Shown here: piece after piece, positions 50,327-63,143 of the stretch | How positions within the stretch are numbered: the first letter of the stretch is position 1 | How the letters are laid out: each line of letters begins with the position of its first letter | Assembly: GCA_043228905.1 (NCBI GenBank) | Contig: JBHGNT010000010.1 | Span: forward strand, 16,616,001-16,680,000 | Length of the DNA: 64,000 nt | From: Azolla caroliniana | Lineage: Eukaryota > Plantae > Polypodiophyta | Reading direction: 5' to 3' | Notes under the pieces: model-generated | Database searches by the model: none | The model's input: only the letters and a program-made list of their open reading frames with translations | What the model was told of the DNA's origin: nothing | Translations under genes and position numbers: made by a program

Positions 50327-53300
50327 AGAGGGCTACCAAGGCGTGGGGCCGAGACAGCCCGGAGACTCGGAAAAGACCCCACGACTGTACGATAGGTAGG
50401 AAGATTTGTTTCTCCAACCACGGAGGGTGTATGATAGTCGGCATCGTTGGGCGAGAAAAGACAAGGGCGAAAGTGCGACTTCGAGCGTGCGGAGTTCTCG
50501 GCCCGGACGAGGAAATCAGCGGAGCCGTGGAGGCGGTCTCCTTCGACGACACCTTGGGGATGCTGAGGAGGGTTGCCGGAGAAGACCTTAACGAAGACCG
50601 GACGATACCGGTATGTACAAAGTCATCGCGAACTTCAGTCGGGGGCTCGGGTCGGATCGGACAGCCCGAGTTAGCACGAAGTACAAAACTGTGGACCGGA
50701 AGGTAAGGCCAGTCGCGGCACCCTTGCCGGAGGGCAGCGAGTCCCGAATCAGAGGGCTTGCGTCGAACCCCAGTTTACGAGATCCGGCCTGCATAGGACA
50801 CACCTTCACCGACGGGACGCTCCGGGAGCTCAAGATCGGTGGGGGCGGGTTCCTACAGCCGGCGGAGGAAGACCGGTTTCGGAGAATGCTCGGAAGGCAC
50901 GGGAAAGCCTTCGCATTTTTGCCGGAAGAGATCGGGTGCGTAGACCCGACACTCGTGGAGCCGATGGTGATATTCACGGTACCGCATGTGTCGTGGATTC
51001 TCAAGCCGATTCCGGTACTGAGAGCTCACATCCCGAAGTTGATGGAGCTATTGAGGCAGAAAGTCGATATGGGTATTCTCGAACCGTCGAGCGCGCCATA
51101 CTCGAACCGATGGTTTACCGTACCAAAGAAAAACGGAACATTGCGCTTCATTCAGGACCTGCAGCCGGTCAACAGAGTGACCATCCGGAACGCAGGAATC
51201 GGACCGACCATAGACGAGTTCGCGGAGGCCTTCGCCAGAAGGTCGATTTACTCGGTCGGTGATCTGTACTCGGGGTACGACCAGTTCTAGCTAGCCAGAG
51301 AGAGCAGAGACATTACGACGATGCGAACTCGCCTCGGCCTAGTGCGAATGTGTACCCTGCCACAAGGAGGGACCAACTCGGTGGCCCACATGGTGAATGC
51401 AATGAACAAAGTACTGAGGGATTGCATCCCGGACATCACCATGCCGTTTCTAGACGACATCCCTATCAAGGGGTGCCCGGTGGAAGAGAAGGACGAGAAA
51501 CTCGGGCCGGACGGATGCCGTCGATTCGTGGCAACACACATCGACGACTGCGAGAAGGTGCTACAAAGGCTGGAGGATGCGAGGCTCACCTTCTCTGGGG
51601 AGAAATCGGCCTTCGGGCAATCAGAAATCCTGGTGGTCGGGCACCTATGTGGACCATATGGCCGGAAGCCGTCTCCGGCAAAGGTAGAAGCCATCTCCGC
51701 GATGAAGACCGACTGCAGCTCGGTTACGGAAGTTCGGAGGTTCCTGGGGGCATGCGTGTTCTACCACATATGGATCCCACATTACGCCCACGTTGCGGAG
51801 CCACTATACGGGTTGCTGAAGAAGGGGCGAAGATTCGAGTGGCGAGACGAGCACACGGAGTCGGTCCGGAAGCTGAAGGAAGCTCTTGCGGCAGCACCGG
51901 CGCTTCGGAAGGCTGTCTACGAGAAGGGTACCCCGGTATACATAACGGTGGATACGAGCCCGACCGGGATCGGATGGGTCGTCAACCAAGAAGACGAGGA
52001 CGGCACCCGGTTCCCGATCCGATTCGGCGCTAAGGTCCTCAGCGAGCGACAGCGAGGGTACGCCCAGGTTAAACGCGAACTCTGGGGTATCGTTTCGGCA
52101 ATAAAGGCCGACAAAGACTACCTGATCGGGATGGAAGTGATTATCGAGACGGATTGCCTGCCAATTCTCGGCATGGTTTCCGGATGCGCGACACCGGACC
52201 TGGCGATGCTCAGGTGGATAGCGTACATCAAGTCCCTGGACCCGGAAATACGACACATTTCCGGAAAAGACAACGCCATGGCCGACATGCTTTCGAGGGC
52301 GAGGTTTGATGACGAGGGCGGCATGGTTTCGGAGGACGAAGAAGTCGGCGTGGACTTCTTCGAGGCGGCGTACGTGACGACCGATGGGGCGAGCACTCCG
52401 ACGCTTAACGGCTTCGACGAGAGCAAGTACGACGGCGAGTGGCTGCAGATCGGTGGGTTTCTGAGGACAATGACGCCGGATGCGTCATGGACGAAGGACG
52501 AGGCCAACCGGATCCGGAAGAAAGCTTACCGATTCTTTCTCCGGGACGGATACTTATGGAAGCACCCGAAGAAGAGGAACGACGTCCCGCTCCGGGTGGT
52601 GGCGATGAAGGGAGAACAGGAGGAGCTGCTGACGGCCTACCACAACAGCCCTTGGGCTGGACACCGTGGAACGTGGGCCACGTTCGAGAAGATAAAGGGG
52701 AAGTACTGGTGGTCGGGACTGTACCGGGACGTGCATCGGTTCGTGACAACTTGCGAGGGCTGTCAGATGCACTCCATAGACCGACATCGGGACGAGCTTC
52801 ACCCTACGTACCCTCCGACCATCCACTTCAAATGGATGGTAGATCTGGTGACGATGCCGATGGGAGTAGGACAGATGCGGTATCTGGTCCTGGCTCGGGA
52901 AGATCTGACCAACCAGGTAGAAGGCCGAGCCCTTCAGAACAAAACGACTGCGGCCGTATGTCGGTTCCTGATTGAGGACGTGATATGCCGGTACGGGTGC
53001 GTCGGGAAGATCGTGGTTGATCGCGGGGAGCTGGACGCCGAAGAGGCCGAGGAGCTATTCGACCGGCTAGGAGTCAAGCTCTCGCTTACCACTGCGTACA
53101 ATCAGGAGGCGAATGGAAAGGTGGAGCGCGGACACGGACCGATCGTCAAGGCGTTAGTTCGGGCATGCGGAGGTCAAGTCGGGAACTCGCCGCGGCTACT
53201 GCCTTACGCGTTGTGGGCTGACCGAACTACGCACAGTTCGGTAACCGAATTCATGCCGGCAGAGCTCATGTTTGGGCAGAAGCCGATCATGCTGATGGAA

Positions 53301-53777
53301 CGTACAATCTCCTCATGGGCAACCGTGGACTGGAGAGACGAGATGAGCCGGGAGGAACTGTTGACGGCGCGCATACGACAGCTCGAGCGAAGACCGGAGG
53401 ACGTGGAGCAGGCTGCGGAAAAGCTTCGGGTGGCCAGGACGAGGAACAAAGCCCGGTTCGACCGGACGCACCGGCTCCGACCGAAGAAGATCGAGGAAGG
53501 CGACTGGGTGCTAGTCTACGACAGCAGCCTCGACAACCAGCACCGAGCGACACGGAAGTTCGCAAGAAGGTGGTTCGGGCCTTACGTGGTACAAAGCGCC
53601 AACGACAACGGGACGTACCATCTGGCGGAACTCGACGGCACAAGAATGGCGATACCGGTAGCTGGGAAGCGGATCAAAGCGTTCAAGAAGCGTCACGACG
53701 ACGAGCCGGATCCGGTTAACCTGGACCGCGACGACGAACGATCTGAAACCAAAGAAGAACCAACGAGCAGAGAATGA
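50317..53777 (+). pseudogene. Gypsy pol (RT-RNase H-integrase), with a frameshift near 50610 and TAG at 51288-51290
   Basis: WFTVPKKNGTLRFIQDL, LPQGGTNS, FLDDIPIKG, RNase H (VDTS, RELWG, ADMLSR), integrase (H...GHRG, CEGC, WMVD, DRG, VERGH, WFGPY). Confidence 0.9.
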
Positions 53778-55109
53778 AGGCTGGACCGGTTTTCTCCGTC
53801 CCAACACAATTTGGCGCATGCCGGTGGATGCTCGGTTAGGTGGGGGCGGATGTCGTGAAGAAAACCGTCCACAAGCGGAATCGGTGCACTGGAGCGTAGG
53901 AACCGGCTCTTCGTGCACATGCGCCTTATGTTGTACATAGAAGATCCTAGGCAGGTAGATTCGGTAGGTGGGGAAACGGCTCCTTCCTTACCTATAAAAG
54001 GAGGGAGACGAGGAGGGGCAAAGGATCGCGGAGAGTCGAGGACGAAGTGTTGTCGGTTTGCGGGCGAAGGCTTCTCTCTCTCTCTCTATCTGGTTCGCAA
54101 ACGCCATAGCTTCCTTCTGTGCAGGTTTCGGGAGGCTCGCGCTGCTCTGAGGAATGCCCGAGTGCTTCCAGCAGCACCTCCAACCTACTCCTTCCTCTCT
54201 GTGCGTTTACGAGCAGGTATCGGCATCTGTTTGCCGGCCTGTTCGGTTGTAACCGACGTCGTGTTTTGTTGTCTTCGTGTTCTTGTTGTTTGTCTTCGTT
54301 AATACATACATACATTCGTGTCTTTATGTGTCGCTGTCCCACTTGCGTCTTTGCGTCGAAGGGCCGTGTCCTTGTGGATCTACGCTCGCACGAAGAGGGT
54401 TTCTTCCCCTTCCTCTCTTGCTCTTTGGTACAGGACCCCCGAGGTTCCGCCTCATTCCACGCATCCGCGAGGAATACCTCGACAACGTGTTTTATTGATT
54501 GTGTTAAGAAAGGTAGAAAATTTGAATGTCAACATATGAGAGTTATTTTCCTTTTTAATCATCTGAACATGTACCTTAATGAGTAGGGGGTAGGTAAGAA
54601 TTTATTATGATAGGTAGCCTCTTCTCTCATTATAAAATGGGGATGGGATGGCTTATTTCAGGGTTCGTGAGTTTTGAGGAATTTATTTTTTGGAGTTTTA
54701 GAGAGGGGCTTCTTCTTTCTTTTTTGGGATATAGGGTTTTGGTATTTTTCTCTATCCTTCCTTGGACTTTTCTTATCTGCCCTATTTTTTCTAAGAATTT
54801 TAGGGTTCTTAATGTTGAGTGAGAGTGTGGGTATTGGGTGCCACATCTATTCAACTTCCTCATTTAGGGTTGTGTGTTTAGGGTTTTTGAAGGGATTTAC
54901 TTTCTTCTTCTTCTTCTTCTTCCACTAAGCTTTTCTACTAGGTTAAATGAGAGTAGATTGGGGTTACTTCTTGCTTGGGTGAATGGTGCAGCCAGTGTTG
55001 CCTTTTGATGGCTAACATTGCCTGTCATGAGAACGGTATTCCAAAAAATTTGCCCGTCAAATGACGGTTTGTCAAAAAAAATGCCCTTCAAAAAGTAAAT
55101 ACATCGAAT

Positions 55110-57340
55110 ATTTGTACAAAACAATATATTATACCCTTCTATCCTTTGCATCTTTCCAAATTTCATCTACACGATCCCATTGTATTTCTTCAATGTGTAG
55201 CCCATTAAATCATCTAAATGCTCTATATTCAATCGATTTCTTTTCATCTCTTTGATGAGATTTTGCTTAGAGAACCCTCTCTCACACGAAACTGTGCTAG
55301 ACGGAATAACCAAAGTAGCTTGCCATAATTTCATCAAATGAGGGAAACTATCTTACCAATCCTTCATTTTGCAAAACATACGCCAAGCTTCAAGCATAGT
55401 TTAGCCTTCACAATTTAAACGTAAAGTGTCAACAAACCTATAGAGTTCCATTTCACAAGCCTTTGCATCATGTAAAATTTGAAGACATGCATTGACATCA
55501 ACATTTGGTTGTAAGTGAGAAATCAAAATTCCCAACCATGTCTTTGCTTTACTATCCCTAATCACATCATCATCTGCATAATGGCATGGGCTGAATAATT
55601 TTGCTGCATTGAAGAGGCTTAAGTTAGGGAATCTTGCATTTAGTCCATCAATAACATTTTGCACATAATTTTGAGATAGTTTAATACAACTCTCAAGTGA
55701 TCCATCTATAAATGGCCCCATTCCCTTAGATTTTGCAATATTGGGATTTGTATCATTTTGACTTGCTTTATCCATAGGAATTTGTTTGAAGTATAGTTCA
55801 TGTATATATGTAACGCCATCTTTATCCTCTATTTCCAAAAAACCCAACTTTAGAACATCTTAAGAACTTGGATAAATACATTGTTCCATTCGCAAATGTG
55901 TCATTTCTCAAGAAAGACCTCCGCAAATTAGAAATTGTAATATCAATTTCTGCACCAATTGAAGTTACATCCAAATTCTCTTTTTGAAGTTTCAAGCTCA
56001 AGATATTCATCAAATGCAACACATCAGCCATCATACAAAAGCAAAATTGCACACTATAGATACAAGCTTTATTATACCACTCGTTTAAGTTCTCTTTCTT
56101 CCAAATAGTAAGTATTGCAGGCATTATACTCATTAGTCTTTCCATGATTTGACCACGTGACAACCAACGAATATTATGAATTTGTAACGGTCTATGAGCA
56201 TCCAATTGCATTTGTTCCAAGAGCTCTAAAATTTCATGTGTCCTTTTGGTACTATTGTTAGCCCATGCATATACCTTATTTGCAATTTTTTCTACAAGAA
56301 TGAGCTCAGGGATATCTTTAGATACATCTGAAATAACCAATGCTTCTCTATGAGCAATACAATGTACACCAACCAAATTTGGGATATCATTTTTCATTAA
56401 TGTTACCGTTCCAATTTCACTACCAATCATTGATGATGCACCATCAGTTGCCAATCCAATCAACTTGTTCATGTTGAGGCATTGATCGCCTAATAGATGC
56501 TTAACATGTTCATATATAATTCTACCTTTACCATTGGGAATTTTCAGCAAACCCATATATTCAGTTTGCTTAGGCCCACAACCACCACATTGCAAGTATG
56601 TAACATACATAATGAGATGCAACTCTAATCCATTGTCAGTACTTTCATCTAGTATGGGGAATTTATTAGATTTGAGCTTTGAATTTCTAGAAGATATTTC
56701 CCGAAGGCAACCAAAAATTCATATCCCCCATATCTACTAGTATAAGATATATAATCATGTTGCTTAGGCATATTAGGCACCTCTAGTAGCACGGCCAAAT
56801 CACATAATTCTTGGTATGTAGTGATAGACAAATATTTTTTTGCAATAAAGTACATGAGTTTCATTGTTGTTATGACCTTATTTTTGTTAATATCATCCAA
56901 TTGTGATACATGCTTTGGGATGGACATTGCTTTCCCTTCAACATCACATATCCACTTTGATGCACATAATTTATGACCACTTGAGTTAACATGGGTCAAA
57001 ATTGCATCAAGTTGCAAAGTAATGCATCCAGAACCAACACCCCAAGGCCCAGGACTAGCGTATTTCTCACACCATGCACATTTCATTAATGTTTTGTCTC
57101 CTTGCATAATGCATCGTATCCATGGGAATTTATCTCTCCATGCATCACGAATTTTCTCTTAGGCTTTTCTTTAGTTATATTAGAGGAACAACACTCTCAA
57201 GTTAAACTCTCTAAATCAGTCCCAAACATATCCATATCCTCATTTAAATCATTGTTTATATTTATGTCATTGGTATCGTTGGGTGGTTTCTATGCAAACA
57301 TTGCACTAATGGTTCGTTGATTTTTTCTTTTGGGAGCCAT
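55110..57340 (-). pseudogene. hAT (ZNF862-like) transposase, frameshifted
   Basis: MAPKRK start, CAWC zinc finger, DESTD, LATDGASSMIG, HCIAHREAL, RWLS and dimerisation motif STVSCERGFS split across frames. 3' end approximate. Confidence 0.85.
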
Positions 57341-58305
57341 AATTATGTTGAATAAGAAGAAATGGGTCATGTAAGAAAAGATCATGCCATCAATTCAAAA
57401 CAATCACTAGCATCATTAAACCCATACATATTAGTTATGACCTATTGAGCAATGAGATTTTACATGAATATAATTCTCTTTGGCAAAAAGATCATACTTT
57501 GTTGATTATACCTTGACGCGAAAAGGATAATCTCTAAGATATGAGTAATGTCATACAACTCTAAGCATCCAAAACTTAGTCATATGTCCATATTAGCATG
57601 TTACTATCACAACTCCACAAACAAGGGTCTTGTAGACTTTGTATGAAATATGAGAGATTAGCTAAGGTTAAGAGATTGACATTTGTGAGCCTTTCAAATT
57701 GCAACACGCTCTGAGTGTGTGCTATCTACTACACAGCAACAAAAGAAGAAATTCCCAAACTTCTGCCCTTAAAGAGGGGAGCAATACCAATTTTGATGGA
57801 CTAGTAAAAGAATTTGGTGGTATTTCTACTTCATCTGGAACTCAACAACTAAAACCAACGAAAGCCTAGAAAAGGTGTGACAAGAGAGCAAACCAAGAAG
57901 CTAAAAGAGAACAAAGAATTCAAGAAAATCAAAACAATGTGGTGAGTGATCGGATGGTGGAAAACGAATTGCTTGAAGGAAAATGAATTGCTTGAAGGTG
58001 TATCATCCCACACCATCAAGGAACCATAGGTGCAATCAAAAGAAGAAAACATGGCACAAGTACGAGAAACATTGGTAGTTAACAGAAGCAACAATGATAT
58101 TAGGCAAGCCATTGTAAATTTCCGTAGAGGGAAATATAAGAATGATTTAGCCATTAATAGAGTCGGAAAATGCTCTTGCCATCAACGTTGGATATGTAGT
58201 AATTTCCTAACCATAGGAAATAACTATTGATATGATGAGATGGATCATTGTTAAAAGTTGAGGATTTGTATTGAGACAATAATATGCAAAAGCATGAAAC
58301 GTCAA

Positions 58306-58329
58306 TCTCTATTAATCTAAAGTTCATAC

Positions 58330-58371
<42 letters not shown>

Positions 58372-58504
58372 GCAGGAAGAAGAAGAAGAAGAAGAAGAAG
58401 AAGAAGAAGAGTCTCTATTATCTAAAGTTCATACCAGAGAGAGAGAGAGAGATGGCATAGGTAGAAGAAGAAGAAGAAGAGTCTCTATTATCTAAAGTTC
58501 ATAC

Positions 58505-58539
<35 letters not shown>

Positions 58540-58576
58540 GACGACGACGACGACGCAGGCAGAAGAAGAAGAAGAT
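58306..58576. repeat. Triplicated composite unit TCTCTATTA(A)TCTAAAGTTCATACCA-(GA)n-...(GAA)n
   Basis: Three copies starting at ~58306, ~58412 and ~58482. Confidence 0.85.
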
Positions 58577-58584
58577 CGCTAGAG

Positions 58585-59070
58585 ATGCCTGCAGGACATG
58601 GACAGAGATCTCGTACATGTGATCTCTTCACTTGCCCATTCAGGCGGAAAGGTTATATCCATCTCTCCACCTACCTTCGCACCTACAGAATCGGTGACTA
58701 TGTCAACATCAAGGTGAATGGTGCCATCCACAAGGGTATGCCTCACAAGTTCTACCATGGACGCACTGGTGTTGTCTAGAACGTCACAAAACGAGTGATT
58801 GGTGTCCAGATGAACAAACAGGTGAACACTAGAATTGTGAGGAAGAGAATACATGTTCGTATTGAGCACGTGCAACCCTCACGTTGCAAGGAGGATTTGA
58901 TTGAAAGAATCAAGAAGAATGATCTGGTCAAGGCTGAAGCCAAAGCTAAAGGTGAGAAGATTTCTACTAAGAGGCAGCCGAAAGGACCAAAACCTGGTTT
59001 TATCACTACCTTGGAGACTGTTACACCTATTCCATATGATGTTGTTAATGATCTTAAGGGGGCATATTGA
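58585..59070 (+). pseudogene. RPL21: Intronless (processed) 60S ribosomal protein L21 pseudogene
   Basis: [15 protein letters not shown]...[19 protein letters not shown]...[15 protein letters not shown]...[14 protein letters not shown]; TGG>TAG at 58777-58779; uninterrupted; a 3'UTR-like tail follows. Confidence 0.93.
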
Positions 59071-60089
59071 TTAAAGTTTCTTGTATTTTGTATTCGGTTT
59101 GAGCCTTTGTCAATTTTGTATCCTGAACTATAATTTTGATTCTTAATTGCTACTTCTACCATGATGTATCACCTATGTGCTTTTTAAGTGGTGTCCATGG
59201 CAATGGAATTTTATGAAATCTTCAATGAGGATGGTTTAGTCTATTTTAATCTTAGAGAGAGAGAGAGAGAGAGCTACCTTAGATGGGTGAGCAGGACTAC
59301 TGCAGGAGATGTTGCTGAATCAATGAGTAGCAGGCAACAAGCAACAAGCTTCGAGTAGGGATAGTGAGCACTGAGCTGCGAGCTTCCAACAAGGTGCAGG
59401 GCTGAGGGAGCAACGAACAAACATGAGAAAAGGGGGGAAAAGGGGGAAAAGGGAAAGGAAGGTCTTAGATAGGGAAACGGGGAATTGGGAAGAAACGATT
59501 CATAATTTAGACTCTATTAGTTTTTTTACCTTTTTGTTACACACATCTGTGAGCCTTTCAAATTCCTACACTCCCAATGCAACCGGAACGCTAACATTGT
59601 TCCTACTACCTAGGACTATAATACTATTGTATTGGTCTTAGTAAAATTTGACGGTATTAGGAAATTTTAAGCCTTTATTTTTACGTTTCCATAAAACATA
59701 TGCCCGTCAAGATTGACGGTTTCATTTTTAAATTAACCTTCATATACGGTTAAATTTGCCAAAAACGTAAAAAGCAACATTGGGTGCAACAACAAAAGGA
59801 AGTTCAGGACACCAAACTTGAAGACCTTCCTCGAATATTTCTCTTTCCTCTTGTAATTCCGACATTGTTTTTCCCTAATTTATAAGGGTTCCTCGTTTTA
59901 ATAGAAACAATAATTTTTGTTCACAAACTTTTCTTAGTTAGTAAATTGTTGGTCTTATTCCTATTAATCTCAATTTGTGACTAAGTTGAGCAATTGAAAG
60001 AGAGAAATGACCTCGCAACATCGTCATTGAGAGAGAACAAAAAGGGGGTGAATACATGAGCTATCCTTTGGTCCATGTGAGCGGCTTCA

Positions 60090-60610
60090 TTATGTGATTG
60101 TCCCTTCATTCCTTGAGCACCCATTCATTGCATGAAGAAAATTTTTCAAGAAAATTTCTTGAGCACTCGTTCATTACGAAAAAAGATTCCGCAAAAGGAA
60201 TCCATGAGGGAGGAATCCTTCATTGTGCCATTGCCCTTCAATTACGCCATAATTTGCCCCATCAGTCCCTAAGCCCTTGACAATGTACATTACACAAACA
60301 GATTATGTGAAAGAAATCCATTGAGAAGGATTCCATGAGAGCACCTTCATTGTGAAAATGCCCATCCATTGCATGAGTGCCCCCCTCCTTCCCCGAGCTC
60401 CCATCCATTGCACACGAAAAGATTCCACAAAAGGAATCCACAAGGGAGGATTCCATGAAGCCATTACATGAAGGGATTGCATGAGACCATTCCCTGAAGG
60501 CAATCCATGAAGGGATTACACAAAGTCATTGCACAAAGGAAAACTACAAAGGCAATCCTTGAAGGGATTGTATGAAGCAATTCATGGAAAGGAAATCCAT
60601 GAAGCACGAA
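60090..60610. repeat. Degenerate repeat cluster of GGAATCCATGA/GGATTCCATGA motifs
   Basis: AAAGATTCC.CAAAAGGAATCCA..AGGGAGGA occurs at ~60182 and ~60418, with many shorter copies in both orientations. Confidence 0.6.
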
Positions 60611-60669
60611 GCCCACAAAAGGGCAAGAAACACAATGACAGTTTCAAGGCTGCATTGCAAGTACCTCCC

Positions 60670-63143
60670 TAGTGATATCAAATCTTGAATCCTTAGTTTA
60701 GGTCCCCCATGGTCCATCCATGCAAGTACCTCCCTAGTGAAAAGCTAGACCGGAGCAATTATTCATCTTGGGAGTACGAGATGACCCAATACCTTGTCGG
60801 CCAAGGGTATTGGAGCTACATCAACGGCGCACAAGAAAATTTACCCGACTCAAAGAACGCCGACTACGCAACATGGGAGCAAGCGGTGAGTCGAGTTATG
60901 TATTGCTTGGCAACATGTGTCCACGACCACATGCTTAGCCACATTCGAGATTCCAAAACACCTAAAGAAGCGTGGGCGAACTTAAAGAAAATGTTCGCCG
61001 CCAACAGAACCCACCCGAAAGCTTCAACTCCGACAAGAGTTGAACAACACTCGGCAAAAAAACATGTTTGTGTCGGACTACACCGCCAAGATCAAGAGCA
61101 TTTGCAACTCGCTTGGCTCCATCAAAATAAACGTCGACGAAGACAAGATGGTTCAAGTATGCTTGGCCGGCCTCGCACAACAATTCGACTCGTTGAGGAT
61201 GGAAATCTTGGCGAGGGAAAATCCTCCTTCATTCTTCGACCTTCAATCAATGCTAATGGTTGAAGAGAACCACGTCCAAACCAAAACCAAGACATCGGAA
61301 GGACAAATTTTCTTCTCAAATTCGGATGGTGGCCGAGGACGAGGTCGAGGCGGAAGACGAGGTCGATTCAACCCATCACACGACGAGAACTCAAACCTTC
61401 GACAACAAGACAGAAGCAATCAAGGAACCTTTGGAAGAAGGGGGAGCTTCCATGCCGAACAAGATCGGCAAATCAAGCCCCCAACTTGCAACTATAGCGG
61501 AAAAATCGGCCACCGCGAGGAGTGCCGAAAAAGAAGAAACGAGTCGGCTTCGACAAGTCAACAACTCACGAATTACGCCACCAACTCCGAATACGATGAC
61601 TACGGCGGACTATACGTAATGAGGCATAGAGAGAACTTTATGTCTTCCTTCGACTCCGCAAGCACCTCCAATTTGGAAGACGTTGTCGTGATGTTGCATG
61701 TCCAATGGGAGAAATTGTAAAATAGTGTAGTTCCACGCACACTACACAAACGATTATAAATATGAAAATTATCCTAGGGCCTGGTGGCATTCAAGTGCAT
61801 ATAGTGATTATTAATATGGTTTTTATATGGTGACATTTATCTTACCATTAGGGCTACTACCAAGTACTTTAGATATTATGTATTTCTTTTCATATTCAAA
61901 AGGCATAGGAAAACAACGGTACAAAACTGTGTGCACAAAACCATGCCCAAAAACCATGGGTCCAAGCCCATAGTTTTGTGCATGGATAGACCTATAAAAA
62001 CCCTCGTAAGGCTTGTGTAATGGGGGGGCTCAATATGTGATATCATTATCATCACCATCAATATAATCTTCTTCTTAATATTCTTCTTGAAATCTATCTT
62101 CTTCTTCAGTCTAAAAATCTTTGTTTTTTTTATATGTGACATTGGTTTCCTCGACTGTAACATCCACATCGACGTCTTTTCGACAAATTCGTGAACGTCC
62201 TCCCTGGTCCGTGGCCCCGGTGATCCCGCTCAAGTAGCACACGCACGCGAGCATCTTCACGACAACATGTGGTTTGTCGATTCTGGCGCCTCACATCATA
62301 TGACATCCCACAAAGAGTGGTTCAATGACTTGCGTACACCGGATCGACCCGGCTTCATAAAGACGGGAGACGACACCACACATCCCATTCGGCACATCGG
62401 CACATTGGCAATGTCCCATTCAGGAAAGAAGGTGAGCAAACTTGCGTAAAGAATGTCTTGCATGTGCCCACAATAACGAAGAATTTGGTCTCCGTCGGCC
62501 AAATCGTGGAGCATGGCATGCAAGTCCGCTTCAACAACGAAGGTCGTTTCATCAAGAAAGATGGCCGACTCATAGCCAAGGGACGGAGAGATGGTCGAAT
62601 GTTCATCCTCGATTCGAACGAGGTGAAATTGTCCATATATGCCAAAGGTCTCAAAACCGAGACAAGCATCGAGTTGTGGCACAAAAGAATCGGCCACATA
62701 AACCTCCAACAGCTTCGTTGCATTGGGAGTCGTCATCGGACTTCCACCATTCGAGTCAACCGAGTATATGAAGCATGCCAACTCGACAACCAACATTGAC
62801 TCCCATTCCCGAAGGAGAGCTACACGAGCAAAGGCCTCCTCGACGTCATACATTTGGATGTATGGGGACCAGCTCAAACGCCGATGATTGGCGGATGCCG
62901 ATTCTACGTCACCTTCATTGACGAGTACTCGCGCTACACGTGGATCTTCCCAATGAAGAAGAAGAGCAAAATGTTCTCCCACTTCCAAAAGCTCAAGGGC
63001 CAAGTCGTAAAAGAACCCGATCGGCACATTCGATGTCTACAATCGGACAGAGGAAAGGAGTACTTCTCCGATGAATTCACCTCCTACCTCCAAAGTGAAG
63101 GCATTTAGAGAGAATTCTCGTGCCGACACACACCCCAACAAAA
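60670..63143 (+). mobile_element. Degenerate Ty1/copia (gag, protease, integrase), interrupted by a solo LTR and another copia
   Basis: Gag KLDRSNYSSWEY, protease WFVDSGASHHM, LWHKRIGH, integrase DVWGP / CLQSDRGKEY / CRHTPQQN; degenerate PBS near 60673. Confidence 0.85.
61684..62264. mobile_element. Solo LTR with gypsy-like termini inserted in the copia gag-protease region
   Basis: TGTCGTGA...TCACGACA perfect 8-bp inverted ends; 4-bp TSD ACGT/ACAT; removing it restores EDVWFVDSG. Confidence 0.8.

Larger units (their letters stand above)
47637..54484 (+). mobile_element. Full-length Ty3/gypsy element C (no chromodomain seen)
   Basis: 634-bp LTRs 47637-48270 and 53851-54484; 4-bp TSD ACGT; PBS TGGTGAACCCGACGTGA 48275-48291; PPT 53838-53850; order gag-PR-RT-RH-IN. 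Confidence 0.95.
54993..59782 (-). mobile_element. hAT DNA transposon (~4.8 kb) carrying a transposase pseudogene and an RPL21 retrocopy
   Basis: TIRs CAGTGTTGCCTTT / AAAAGCAACATTG; 8-bp TSD GGTGCAGC (54985-54992) and GGTGCAAC (59783-59790); subterminal TGACGG/CCGTCA motifs at both ends. Confidence 0.82.

Noticed and set aside
40644-53938. Many long antisense or alternative-frame ORFs over the gypsy elements
   Set aside because: Expected in GC-rich coding DNA with few stop codons; no recognisable domains.
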